A stretch of DNA of 64,000 nucleotides from positions 2,206 to 66,205 of the forward strand of contig JACQZG010000007.1 of NCBI GenBank assembly GCA_016213935.1, read 5' to 3'. Each line of letters starts with the position of its first letter. Position 1 is the first letter of the stretch. The position numbers and the translations under genes were made by a program. This DNA is from Nitrospirota bacterium. GTDB taxonomy: Bacteria > Nitrospirota > Thermodesulfovibrionia > UBA6902. Of this stretch, positions 40,546 through 49,894 are shown in pieces. Below the pieces are notes generated by a model. That model saw only the letters and a list, made by a program, of their open reading frames with translations. It was not told the origin of the DNA and searched no databases.

Positions 40546-41991
40546 ATGAAAAGTTGCAAATTTAGGCTGCATCGTGTTGTTTTTTATGGAGTATACAATT
40601 GGCCCAATGTCTTCACCAAATTCAATTCTCTTTGAATTAATATTAGGAAGGCTAAAAGACTCTACGGACATTTCTATTTCTCTGCTTTTAGAGCCTATTG
40701 AAAATTCAGTTAATAGACCCAGATTTTGAGCTGCCTCGTTAATCTCTTTCATGGCGTCAAGCATATCTTGACGAGAAGCGCTTTCTGGAGATATTGTGCG
40801 AAGTCCTAATTTTTGCTGATAATTATCTAACTCTGTCCGGATAATATCTCTAATCTGTTTGATTCCTTTACGATTTAAATTAAAGCCATAATGGGTAGTT
40901 CCTTCCGCCAATAAAATAATATCTTCCAGTTTAGGTTCAAGGACTAAATAGCCACAAAATCTTTTATGAATTGTATGGTGAGGATTAACATTTTTTGATA
41001 TGCCTCCGATTTTCATTCTTTTTCGCTGTATCCAAATTTCTCTTAAATCCTCGTCTATATGATTTGGAGCAACTATGTATTTAAGTTCTTTAATCCGGTA
41101 TGTTTCATTCCCAATAACAACAGGAATGAGTTCCTTGCTGTAAACCCTATAACCATTTTGGTTATCTCTACAATCTGCTATTGATTTTAACGGATCTGTC
41201 AGGGCAACTAATTTTGAATTATCTTTGTGCTTAACATAAATCTTTGCACCGAACTTGATAATCTCCCACCATGTTTCCTCTATCATTTTAATAAAATCGT
41301 TTGAATAATCATTGTCATTGCTTGAAATAAACGAATTTTTGATTGCCTCTACTACCTCATCTTTTAAATTAAGAACTGTTATTCTTGTTCCGCTAAAAGT
41401 GAGTGGCATTAAAGCGCTATTGGTTGCTTTTTTAATAAATTCTTTTGCTTCATCACCTTGAAACGGAATGCGTTGTTGAACAAGTTTTGTCCCAACAATT
41501 TTTCTGTCGAATGCGATATATTGCTTATCAGTATTTCTTAGAGAATCACAGACTATAGATGCTGTTTTTGATGCCCCTTGAAAAATTAATTTTCCTCTGC
41601 CGAAACTACCAGCACCTAAATTGCCCCCTGATTCAAATCTTGTCAAAAAACGGCTTAGGTTTTGTTCGTGAGTAAGTTTCCTTTCTGCTGACATCTGTTC
41701 AATTTCCTCTACAGAACGTATATCTCCTGTCAGCCCTGTTGTTCCCTCATCCCAAAAAGTCAATGCTGGTAGCCCGTTAATTTCTAAAAGTTCAAACGTA
41801 AACTTCCAATTGTTACAAGCACGGCTTTCATTTTTAATCAGCCTTGCGCCGAAACCATTCTGAACAGCATCTTTTTGAAGTCCATGTGCTAACCCTTTAC
41901 CACTTCCTTCATATTCCCTAACTACTTGATCAATTTGATGGAGATCATTTTGAGGCATACTTACATATTGATGTCCAATGTCTCTTTCCAT
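40402..41991 (-). CDS. GHKL (HATPase) domain protein, probably 3'-truncated
   Basis: KDAVQN, DEGTTGLTG, GSFGRGK and GTRITV match the Bergerat-fold motifs. The last ~35 aa read the antisense of the protease gene. Confidence 0.7.
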   Translation of the reverse strand: MERDIGHQYVSMPQNDLHQIDQVVREYEGSGKGLAHGLQKDAVQNGFGARLIKNESRACNNWKFTFELLEINGLPALTFWDEGTTGLTGDIRSVEEIEQMSAERKLTHEQNLSRFLTRFESGGNLGAGSFGRGKLIFQGASKTASIVCDSLRNTDKQYIAFDRKIVGTKLVQQRIPFQGDEAKEFIKKATNSALMPLTFSGTRITVLNLKDEVVEAIKNSFISSNDNDYSNDFIKMIEETWWEIIKFGAKIYVKHKDNSKLVALTDPLKSIADCRDNQNGYRVYSKELIPVVIGNETYRIKELKYIVAPNHIDEDLREIWIQRKRMKIGGISKNVNPHHTIHKRFCGYLVLEPKLEDIILLAEGTTHYGFNLNRKGIKQIRDIIRTELDNYQQKLGLRTISPESASRQDMLDAMKEINEAAQNLGLLTEFSIGSKSREIEMSVESFSLPNINSKRIEFGEDIGPIVYSIKNNTMQPKFATFHLTAEQRGVSEKINRHSKIKILCRLYDKCCNTYDFSIFIKDRPSATAC

Positions 41992-42036
41992 GAACGTCTC
42001 CTTACAGATAATGACGACTTTTAAATAATGTTAATT

Positions 42037-42255
42037 TCACAACCTAAACCTCTCCCTTTTCCCCGCCAAAAATTTCCCCTTTGTCAATTTCAACTGCTTA
42101 TCAAGCTCAGAAAAAATCTTATTTATCTCCTCTTCAGTGTATTCATAAGAGCTTTTATTGGAGCAGTTGCCGAGGATTCTTATCTTTTCAAGAATATCGT
42201 TTGTCCGCTTAGCTGCTATCCGTTTAAATCGTTCACTTCTGCTTTCCTGTTTCAT
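42037..42255 (-). CDS. Small basic helical protein
   Basis: ERFKRIA..RTN.IL..IRILGNCSNKSSYEY.EEE..KIF pattern, which I recall from small conserved proteins at the head of restriction/defence loci; GGAG RBS. Confidence 0.75.
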   Translation of the reverse strand: MKQESRSERFKRIAAKRTNDILEKIRILGNCSNKSSYEYTEEEINKIFSELDKQLKLTKGKFLAGKRERFRL

Positions 42256-42380
42256 AAACTCCGCTGTTTAGTTAAAATATGGTTAAATTATAATTAACTA
42301 TTTTGCAATTGTCAAGATAATAATTTGTTATAACATGTAAATATCAGAACTATTTACATTGAAGTATAATCTGACACCCC

Positions 42381-45029
42381 TCAATGTGCCCCTTTGCATA
42401 ACGGCTTATGGAAACAGTATCTGCACTCCTGCGAATTATGAGGCTCAGGAGAGAATATGCCTTTTTTGATATTGCCGACTATCTCCTCTGCCTTTATGAG
42501 CGCGGCTCCAATATATTCATCCATTTCATTGTTGGACGGATACCATGTGACGCCTCCGTCTTTTAAGGAATAAACGCCCGCTCTTTCAACAATGCCAGCG
42601 CTCTCCTTCTGCCATATCGCGGCATAAAGAGGAAGCTGAAGGCTCTCTTTATCAGCAACGCCTGTCTTGTAATCAATTATCCTCACCGTCTGAGAATTCT
42701 GTGTTCTGTGTTCCCGGTTTTTAGTTCTTACATCTATCCTGTCTATCTTTCCCTTAAGCTTCAGGATGCCTATCTCGGCGGCAACTTTCTTCTCAACCTG
42801 AAAAGGCATGAATCCGTCAGCCCTCATCTTCTTCTCCTGCTCCCTGAGTTCAGGCAGGAGACGCCTGAATATATCATGCGCGGCCTTTGACCAGAAATCG
42901 CCGACTGGAAATCTCCTGAGCGCAAGCGCAAGCCCTTCAAAGAGCCGCTCATCCATGCACTCAATATCAATTTCGCCGTCCTTGAATAGGTGCTCCATCG
43001 TCTTATGTGCGAGGGTGCCCCAGAGCCTCGCCTCAACCTCAAACTTCGGCGGCTCTTCAACGGTAATATTCAATACCTTCTCAATATAGAACCTTTGCGG
43101 GCATCTCCTGTATGAGTCAATGTCGGTTACGCTTATGAACCCTTTAAAGCAAGAGCCAGCGTCTATCCTTGCGGAAGATACTCCCGCTCTCTCTCTACGG
43201 ACTCCGCGCATCCCCTCCATGACATGAATCTCTTCTTCGGAAAATATATTCGGCGCTGAAGAAGGCCTAACCGCATCCCAGTCAAGGAAAGGCGACGGCA
43301 GAAGCAGGTTATCTCCCTCTGCGGAAGGGCAGGAGATATAAGGCTCTCTTCTTGATGAATGGAGCATCATATTGAAATAACGCCTCTGCCTGTTTATGAA
43401 GTATTCGAGATAAGGCAGGCCTAATTCCTTTTTCACCCTCTCGGGCAGTATCGGGTCAATGGAAGGTTTGGAAGGGAGGTCGCCCTCTATCACCCCGCCG
43501 AAGAAGAGCGCTTCAGGCTCAACTCCGGCGGCGAGTTCAAACGGTATAAGGCGGACCCCGCCGTCTTTTTTAGAGAAGGCCTTCATATCTCTTAAGAGAT
43601 TTCTGATGAGAGAGAGAGGCTGGCTCTCAAAGTTCGGGGTTTTGCCGCAGATTTTATGAAACTGCCTGAGTTCTGCAAACCGCGCCTCTACCATGTCCGT
43701 GATCTCCGTATGCGCGGCATTGTCAAAGAAGCCGAGCCTCTTTAGCGCCTCTTCAAGCGCGTCAAGAAATTCCGGCAGTCTCTTCTTCCTCTTAACATTC
43801 TCAGTCAGGCTTATGATATCCTTTATCCAGTTCTGAATATCCTCTATCCTCATAGCCTCTTCTTCCGAGATATTATCTGTCATAGAGCTGAGGATGGTAT
43901 CTTTCATCGAAAGCCATGAGCCCTTTCCCTTGATAATGCCCGCTTTGTATGAATACGCGACAGCCCGCTCCTTTACAAGCGGATTGATCTGAGGCAATGA
44001 AGGCGATGTGAGGAGAGCGAGGAAGTCATAGGACGGATAATCTTCCTCAATGCATGTGAGGAGGCTCTCAAGCGCGACAACAGGGCTTGAGGATGAGAGG
44101 TCATTCTCTTCTATGCTCAGAGGAACGCGGTGCTTTACAAAGACCCTCTTCACTGTCGGGGCATATTTCCTGATGTCAGGGAATGAAACGACTATGTCTG
44201 AGGCAAGAGCGCCTTCAAGAAACATCGCTTTTGACAACTTTGCTATTGACTCGGCCTCCTCCTCAATCGAAGGGTATGAAGAATGCGGAGATTTTCCCCT
44301 ATGAACTTTTGAATCAAGCTTTATGACGGTGAAGCCTTTTCTGTCAGAAAGAGATTTATATATGCCGCTGCTGCTATCGGCAAGCAGGAAGAGGTTCTCC
44401 GCCCTTTCAATTAACGCTGTTATGGCTTCAAGCTCAAGCGTGGTCGGGTCAAAGAAGCCGTCAATCACGACGACTGGCAGATCCTTTGATTCTTTTATGG
44501 CGGTGATGCTCATCGTCAAGACATCATCAGCATCGGCAATCCGCCGTTCTCTCTTCCAGCCTTCATATCTCATCAAGTTCTCTATAGCATCCGAGGCCCG
44601 CTTCGCCGCCTTCTCCTCAAATATCAGAGATACTGCCTGCTCCCTGATCTCAGAAAGTTCTTTCCCCGGCATATAATGCTTCAGCTTTCTGTATAAATCT
44701 GATAGAAGGCGCGTATAGCCTGCGTTCTTTTCAGAGAGTATCTCAGCGATAATGAGAGGCCTTATATGCTCCGAGATGATACTATCGTCATATTTCTCAT
44801 TGAAGATGCGCTCCGCGTATTGCTTTAACGTTGAGGTTTGGAAAGGTATATACGCCGGCCTCTTCAGATAATCATGAAAATCCCTTTCAGCTTCGCCGAC
44901 TATAAAACTGTTTGGGCAAATGTAGAGCACAGAGGAGAAATCGTTTCCCGTGCAAAGCGATACGATCTCTTTAAAGATGTGCTCTCTTTTTCTTCTCGCA
45001 CCCAATGATACTGTGAAGAGGGTCTTCAT
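42381..45029 (-). CDS. addB: AddB/RexB-like protein (inactive helicase plus PD-(D/E)XK nuclease with Fe-S cysteines)
   Basis: IDGF, YRRCP, GTLAH, GKIDRID, IIDYKTG, QLPLYA, CRYC..PLC. Confidence 0.8.
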   Translation of the reverse strand: MKTLFTVSLGARRKREHIFKEIVSLCTGNDFSSVLYICPNSFIVGEAERDFHDYLKRPAYIPFQTSTLKQYAERIFNEKYDDSIISEHIRPLIIAEILSEKNAGYTRLLSDLYRKLKHYMPGKELSEIREQAVSLIFEEKAAKRASDAIENLMRYEGWKRERRIADADDVLTMSITAIKESKDLPVVVIDGFFDPTTLELEAITALIERAENLFLLADSSSGIYKSLSDRKGFTVIKLDSKVHRGKSPHSSYPSIEEEAESIAKLSKAMFLEGALASDIVVSFPDIRKYAPTVKRVFVKHRVPLSIEENDLSSSSPVVALESLLTCIEEDYPSYDFLALLTSPSLPQINPLVKERAVAYSYKAGIIKGKGSWLSMKDTILSSMTDNISEEEAMRIEDIQNWIKDIISLTENVKRKKRLPEFLDALEEALKRLGFFDNAAHTEITDMVEARFAELRQFHKICGKTPNFESQPLSLIRNLLRDMKAFSKKDGGVRLIPFELAAGVEPEALFFGGVIEGDLPSKPSIDPILPERVKKELGLPYLEYFINRQRRYFNMMLHSSRREPYISCPSAEGDNLLLPSPFLDWDAVRPSSAPNIFSEEEIHVMEGMRGVRRERAGVSSARIDAGSCFKGFISVTDIDSYRRCPQRFYIEKVLNITVEEPPKFEVEARLWGTLAHKTMEHLFKDGEIDIECMDERLFEGLALALRRFPVGDFWSKAAHDIFRRLLPELREQEKKMRADGFMPFQVEKKVAAEIGILKLKGKIDRIDVRTKNREHRTQNSQTVRIIDYKTGVADKESLQLPLYAAIWQKESAGIVERAGVYSLKDGGVTWYPSNNEMDEYIGAALIKAEEIVGNIKKGIFSPEPHNSQECRYCFHKPLCKGAH

Positions 45030-45330
45030 CGGCGGTCTATGGCGGATTTGAGGGAGGAGAGTTTGCTTAAGATTTCTTTGCCTGTAAAATCAGACATTTT
45101 CATTTAGCATTCATTTCTTATGACCTCTCAATGCCTTTGTTTATAAGTTTACTTAATTATGAAAAATAAAGGCAATCGTGATATGGGCGATGGCTGTCGA
45201 GGGCAGTCCATCCATCTGAAGAACGCTTAACCAGAAAAGAGGTAGTTATAATTGATCATGCAGCTGAGAAAATGGGCGTTAGCACTGAAGAATTATTAGA
45301 AAGGATGGGGAACAATGAGAAAACTTAAGC
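45026..45330. pseudogene. Small gene remnants between addB and the phosphohexomutase
   Basis: Minus-strand 25-aa ORF 45103-45026 (MKMSDFTGKEILSKLSSLKSAIDRR) resembles an MNT antitoxin N-terminus. Plus-strand start-less frame ..EVVIIDHAAEKMGVSTEELLERM.. Confidence 0.3.
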
Positions 45331-45334
45331 CGTT

Positions 45335-46951
45335 CTACATCCCCAAAGCATCCTTTGTCATCTTCTCTGCGGCGGCGAATACGGCCTTCTTCCCCTCCTC
45401 AGTTCTTGCCTCAATGTAAAATCTCACCTTCGGCTCAGTGCCCGAGGGACGTATCATAAGCCATGAGCCGTCATCAAAGACGAGCTTTGTGCCGTCAACA
45501 GTGATGACATTTTTTACGGTCTTTTTACTGCCGCCGATATCAACTACCGTCCCCTCTTTGTATCTCTCCCTGATGGCCGAAAGCTTTTTCTGTAAGCCCT
45601 CTCCGGCAAGTGACGGGTCAACAGCGATGCCCGCGCGGTCAGGATAATACCAGCCGAATTCATCCATTATATCTTTGAGGTATTCACTCAGGTTTTTGCC
45701 TGTGACCGCCATCATTTCAATAGCTATGAGTATGCCGAAGAGGCCGTCCTTCTCAAGAGTGTTGTTAAATCCCGATATGCCGTCAGACTCCTCAAAACAG
45801 ACTATCGCCCTCTCTTTGGCATTGCGGAGCATATACGGCCTGAAGTTTTTGAAACCGACCTTTGTTTCTTTAACAGGAATGTTCAGTTTCCCGGCAATGG
45901 CGTTTACGAGGTTGCTCGTTCCTACGGATTTTGCAACAACGCCTGAAATCCCTTTGTGAACATGAAGAAAGTGCAGAGCCATGGCGCCGAAATAATTCAT
46001 CGCTATCTGCATATCCGGGTCTGCGTAGCGTATGCGGTCTCCGTCAGGGTCAAGGATAGCCCCAAGCCTGAACTTCTCATCGCTTGCGCTCAGCACCTTT
46101 TCCACTCCTCTCATATTGCTTGCCGAAGGCTCCGGCGCCACGCCGCCAAAGAGAAAATCATCCTCTGTCCGCAGATATTTTATTTTTTCACTCTCGCCGA
46201 TTATCCTTCTGATACGCCCCCTCGTTGCGCCGTGGACATTATCGATACAAATTAAAGAGTCCTCTTTTGCGATGAAGTTCTTAATCTTTTCTATGTCAAG
46301 AGTTTTTCTCTCTGTAATGAATTTAATGTAGAGACCGGTAAGGTCTGTCTTCTCAATTCTTTCAGGCTCCTGCCTCGTTATCACAGGTGATTCTGACATC
46401 ATGCCGTTGGCTATTTCTTCTATCCTTGAAGTAATTTCAGCGCCTGCAGGCCCGCCGTCAGAAGGGTTAAATTTGAATCCGCCGTAATTCGCCGGATTGT
46501 GTGAAGGCGTGAGATTGATGGAGCACGCCGCGTTCAGCATCTCGATGCCTGCTGAGAATTCGGGCGTGGCCGCCTCTCCCGCGTACCGTGTCCTGATGCC
46601 CTCCTTCTGCAAAAGTCCTATAACTTCTCTTGCAAATTCAGGCCCTAAAAACCGGTTGTCATGCCCTACGATGACGCCCCTTTTCTGAATATCTTCAAAG
46701 CCTGATACCCCCATCGCCTTCATGACGGAAGGAGACCCTTCCCTGAACATTCGGATAATGGCAGAAGTCACGACCCTGACGTTATTGAATGTGTAGTCAG
46801 TTCCTATCTCCCCTCTCCAGCCTGAGGTGCCGAACACAATATTCGCGGGTTCGTTGTTCTCACGGGCGAATTTCTCAATTTCAGAGAGTATCCCCCTGTT
46901 CTTGTTGACATCAGACAGTATCTTTTTCCAGCAAGAAGAAGCGGTTGTCAT
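45335..46951 (-). CDS. Phosphoglucomutase/phosphomannomutase family protein
   Basis: FGTSGWRG, TPSHNP, DPDGDR, VGFK, EES, RPSGTEPK. Confidence 0.93.
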   Translation of the reverse strand: MTTASSCWKKILSDVNKNRGILSEIEKFARENNEPANIVFGTSGWRGEIGTDYTFNNVRVVTSAIIRMFREGSPSVMKAMGVSGFEDIQKRGVIVGHDNRFLGPEFAREVIGLLQKEGIRTRYAGEAATPEFSAGIEMLNAACSINLTPSHNPANYGGFKFNPSDGGPAGAEITSRIEEIANGMMSESPVITRQEPERIEKTDLTGLYIKFITERKTLDIEKIKNFIAKEDSLICIDNVHGATRGRIRRIIGESEKIKYLRTEDDFLFGGVAPEPSASNMRGVEKVLSASDEKFRLGAILDPDGDRIRYADPDMQIAMNYFGAMALHFLHVHKGISGVVAKSVGTSNLVNAIAGKLNIPVKETKVGFKNFRPYMLRNAKERAIVCFEESDGISGFNNTLEKDGLFGILIAIEMMAVTGKNLSEYLKDIMDEFGWYYPDRAGIAVDPSLAGEGLQKKLSAIRERYKEGTVVDIGGSKKTVKNVITVDGTKLVFDDGSWLMIRPSGTEPKVRFYIEARTEEGKKAVFAAAEKMTKDALGM

Positions 46952-47120
46952 GATATTCCTCTTTTATGAATACTGAATTATATCATATGAAATTATTAGA
47001 GCTTATATGTCCGCATAATTGTTTTGCTATGTTTGACATAAGTCAGGGTAAAGTATTAAATTATTAAGCTTCATTGGCAGGCAATTACGCCTGCTAATTT
47101 TTTCTCTAAAGAATAATAAA

Positions 47121-48248
47121 ATGTGCAGGCTTGCCGCCATAACATCAGATAATTATTTTTCCCCGATGGAAAACATAGCCGCCCTCGAAACAATGAAGGA
47201 GGGGCATGATGGTTCAGGCATGGGCCTTATCCTCAAAGGGCTCGGCGGGGAGTTCGAAGAACTGAAAGAGTTCCCCATTCTCTCAGGAATATGTTCAAAA
47301 GAAGGGCTTCATGCCCTTGACGCTTATATGAACAAGGTGGGTTTCCAGCTTAAGTATACATGGACGCCCAAGACGAGGCCTGTAAAAGGCATAGACGCCA
47401 GGGATTATTACTTCGCGAGAGTATATGATTATCCCGATGCTGTCAAAGAGAGGCCTGTTAAGGAGAAAGAAGACCTTCTTCTAAGGACAAGGCTGGCGCT
47501 GAGAAAGCTCGGAGAGGATGACGAATCCATAATCGTATTCTCTTTTTATCCTGACATTCTCGCGTTGAAAGAGGTCGGGGACCCGCTTCAGCTCGGCAGA
47601 TTTTTCGGCCTTGAGAAAGACCCGCTCAAGGCAAAGATTATCTTCGCGCAGGGAAGGCAGAACACCAATTACGCCATAAATCTCTACGCGTGCCACCCCT
47701 TCTTCATACAGGGGTACGGCACGATGACGAACGGCGAGAACACCGCCTTTATCCCAATTAAGGAGTTTCTTCAGGGAAGAGGCGTGCCGGGATACATCGG
47801 CTACAACAGCGACAGCGAGGTCTTTGCGCACATCCTGCATTACACCTGCAAGCATCTCGGCTATCCGCTCACATACTACAAAGACATCACAACCCCGCTT
47901 AAGACCGAAGAGATAGATATGAGGGAAGACGGCGAAGCGGTAAGGCTTCTTAAGATGTCCCTCAGGCCTTTATGCATAGACGGCCCGAACTGCACCATGG
48001 GGTTTACGCCTGACGGCACGACATTCATGCTTCAGGACGCGAAGAAACTAAGGCCCGGCGTAGTCGGCGGCAGAAAAGGAAAATTCGGCCTTATGTCAGA
48101 AGAGTGCGGCCTTGACAGCGCGATACCGCAGAGAGACAGGCCGCTTGATGTCTTCCCCATGAAATACGATATGGCCATAATAGAGCCGGACGCAAAAGGA
48201 GTGAAGTTATGGAACCAGCTTCAAGGTTGGACAACAATCACAGGCTGA
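47121..48248 (+). CDS. Glutamate synthase, class II glutamine amidotransferase subunit
   Basis: N-terminal MCRL nucleophile Cys, GRQNTN, HPF, NGEN, SDSEV, DGP, LRP. Confidence 0.88.
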   Translation: MCRLAAITSDNYFSPMENIAALETMKEGHDGSGMGLILKGLGGEFEELKEFPILSGICSKEGLHALDAYMNKVGFQLKYTWTPKTRPVKGIDARDYYFARVYDYPDAVKERPVKEKEDLLLRTRLALRKLGEDDESIIVFSFYPDILALKEVGDPLQLGRFFGLEKDPLKAKIIFAQGRQNTNYAINLYACHPFFIQGYGTMTNGENTAFIPIKEFLQGRGVPGYIGYNSDSEVFAHILHYTCKHLGYPLTYYKDITTPLKTEEIDMREDGEAVRLLKMSLRPLCIDGPNCTMGFTPDGTTFMLQDAKKLRPGVVGGRKGKFGLMSEECGLDSAIPQRDRPLDVFPMKYDMAIIEPDAKGVKLWNQLQGWTTITG

Positions 48249-49870
48249 CATTAAAGGATTTTCCTTATATTGTCAGATGGAGAGACGAGAGGTGCACAAG
48301 GTGCGGAAGGTGCACTGCCGTATGCCCCATGTTCTCCATCGAGCCTGCAGTCGTTGTCAGGAGGAGCGTCCATTCCGAAGGCTCTGTCCCGGCGCCAATA
48401 GCAGTGAGAATGACAGCGGCTGTTGTCAGGCAGTCAAATGACATAGAGCGTTACTGCACAGGCTGCGCCACCTGTACGCTTGTCTGCCCCAACGAAGCTA
48501 TTGAACCGGAATTCAACCCCCAGCACAAGTTCCTTTTTCATAAAAATAAAGGCGGGCACCCGTACAGAAGGGGCGGGAGGAGGAATGACCCTCAGGTCTC
48601 GACTCTTGACCGGCTCAAATTCACAAGGATATCGATGCTCACAGACCCCGCTCTCGACGCCGGAAGGCACGAGTTCAGGATAAGGACATACCTCGGAAGA
48701 ATACTTCCTGCCGAAGAGCTTCCCATAAAGTCCGTAAACGGCAGCCTCAAAGTCGACAAGGGTTCAGGCAGCTTCATCCCCCCGGTAAGAGAAATATACC
48801 CGATAATGATAGGGAGCATGTCAATAGGCGCGCTCTCGCCGAACATGTGGGAAGGGCTTGCCATGGGGATCACTTACCTCAATGAGGTCGAGGGCATGCC
48901 TGTTGTCATGTGTTCGGGCGAAGGCGGAATGCCCGCAAGGCTCCTCAGGTCAAAGTTCCTTAAGTATTTCATACCCCAGATTGCGTCCGGCTACTTCGGC
49001 TGGGATGAGATCGTGAGGGCATTGCCGCACATGATAGAAGACCCGTGCGCGATCGAGATTAAGTATGGCCAAGGGGCAAAACCGGGCGACGGCGGGCTTC
49101 TCATGGCGCATAAGGTGTTAAAACTTATCTCTGAGATAAGAGGCGTCCCGATGGGAGTGGACCTCCCTTCCCCTCCGACTCACCAGACAAAATACTCGAT
49201 TGAAGAGGCGGTCGCCAAGATGATACAGTCCATGTCAATGGCATGGGGATTCAGAGTGCCGGTCTATCCGAAGATATCAGGAAGCAAGACCTCAAAGGCT
49301 GTGCTCAACAACTTGGTCAGAAACCCTTACGCGTCCGCTTTTTCGCTTGACGGCGAAGACGGCGGGACAGGCGCGGCATACGACGTTTCCATGAACAGCA
49401 TGGGGCACCCTATAGTTTCGAATCTTAGGGAATGTTATCTCGACCTTGTTAAACAGGGCAAGCAGAACGAACTCCCGCTTATCGCCGCCGGAGGCATCGG
49501 GAAGAAAGGGAATCTCGCCGCAAACGCGGCCTCTCTCTTTATGCTCGGGGCATCGGCGGTTTCAATAGGCAAATACATAATGCAGGCCGCGGCGGAATGC
49601 CACGGCGACGAATATAACCGCTGTAATGTCTGCAATATCGGCAAATGCCCGAGAGGCATAACAACGCAGGACCCGAAGCTATACAGGCGGCTCGACCCTG
49701 ATAAAGTGGCGGAGAGGGTTGTAGAGGTATTTAAATCTGTTGACGTGGAGCTTAAAAAGATCTTCGCGCCTATGGGGAGGAGCACTGAACTGCCGATAGG
49801 CATGTCAGACGGCCTTAGCGCGGATGATCCGGCAATTGCCGAGAGGCTCAAGATAAGTTACGCGTGTTAA
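48209..49870 (+). CDS. Glutamate synthase FMN-binding subunit with N-terminal ferredoxin
   Basis: Two CxxCxxCxxxCP motifs, MSIGALS, SGEGG, QIASG, EIKYGQGAKPGDGG, CNIGKCPRGITTQDP. Confidence 0.92.
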   Translation: MEPASRLDNNHRLTLKDFPYIVRWRDERCTRCGRCTAVCPMFSIEPAVVVRRSVHSEGSVPAPIAVRMTAAVVRQSNDIERYCTGCATCTLVCPNEAIEPEFNPQHKFLFHKNKGGHPYRRGGRRNDPQVSTLDRLKFTRISMLTDPALDAGRHEFRIRTYLGRILPAEELPIKSVNGSLKVDKGSGSFIPPVREIYPIMIGSMSIGALSPNMWEGLAMGITYLNEVEGMPVVMCSGEGGMPARLLRSKFLKYFIPQIASGYFGWDEIVRALPHMIEDPCAIEIKYGQGAKPGDGGLLMAHKVLKLISEIRGVPMGVDLPSPPTHQTKYSIEEAVAKMIQSMSMAWGFRVPVYPKISGSKTSKAVLNNLVRNPYASAFSLDGEDGGTGAAYDVSMNSMGHPIVSNLRECYLDLVKQGKQNELPLIAAGGIGKKGNLAANAASLFMLGASAVSIGKYIMQAAAECHGDEYNRCNVCNIGKCPRGITTQDPKLYRRLDPDKVAERVVEVFKSVDVELKKIFAPMGRSTELPIGMSDGLSADDPAIAERLKISYAC

Positions 49871-49894
49871 ATAGCGCGGAAAATTAAAGAGAAT

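Noticed and set aside
45183-45215. GGCGATGG-containing hairpin as a fluoride riboswitch
   Set aside because: It lacks the rest of the consensus (GTTCGCC pairing and downstream TGATG) and has no suitable downstream gene.
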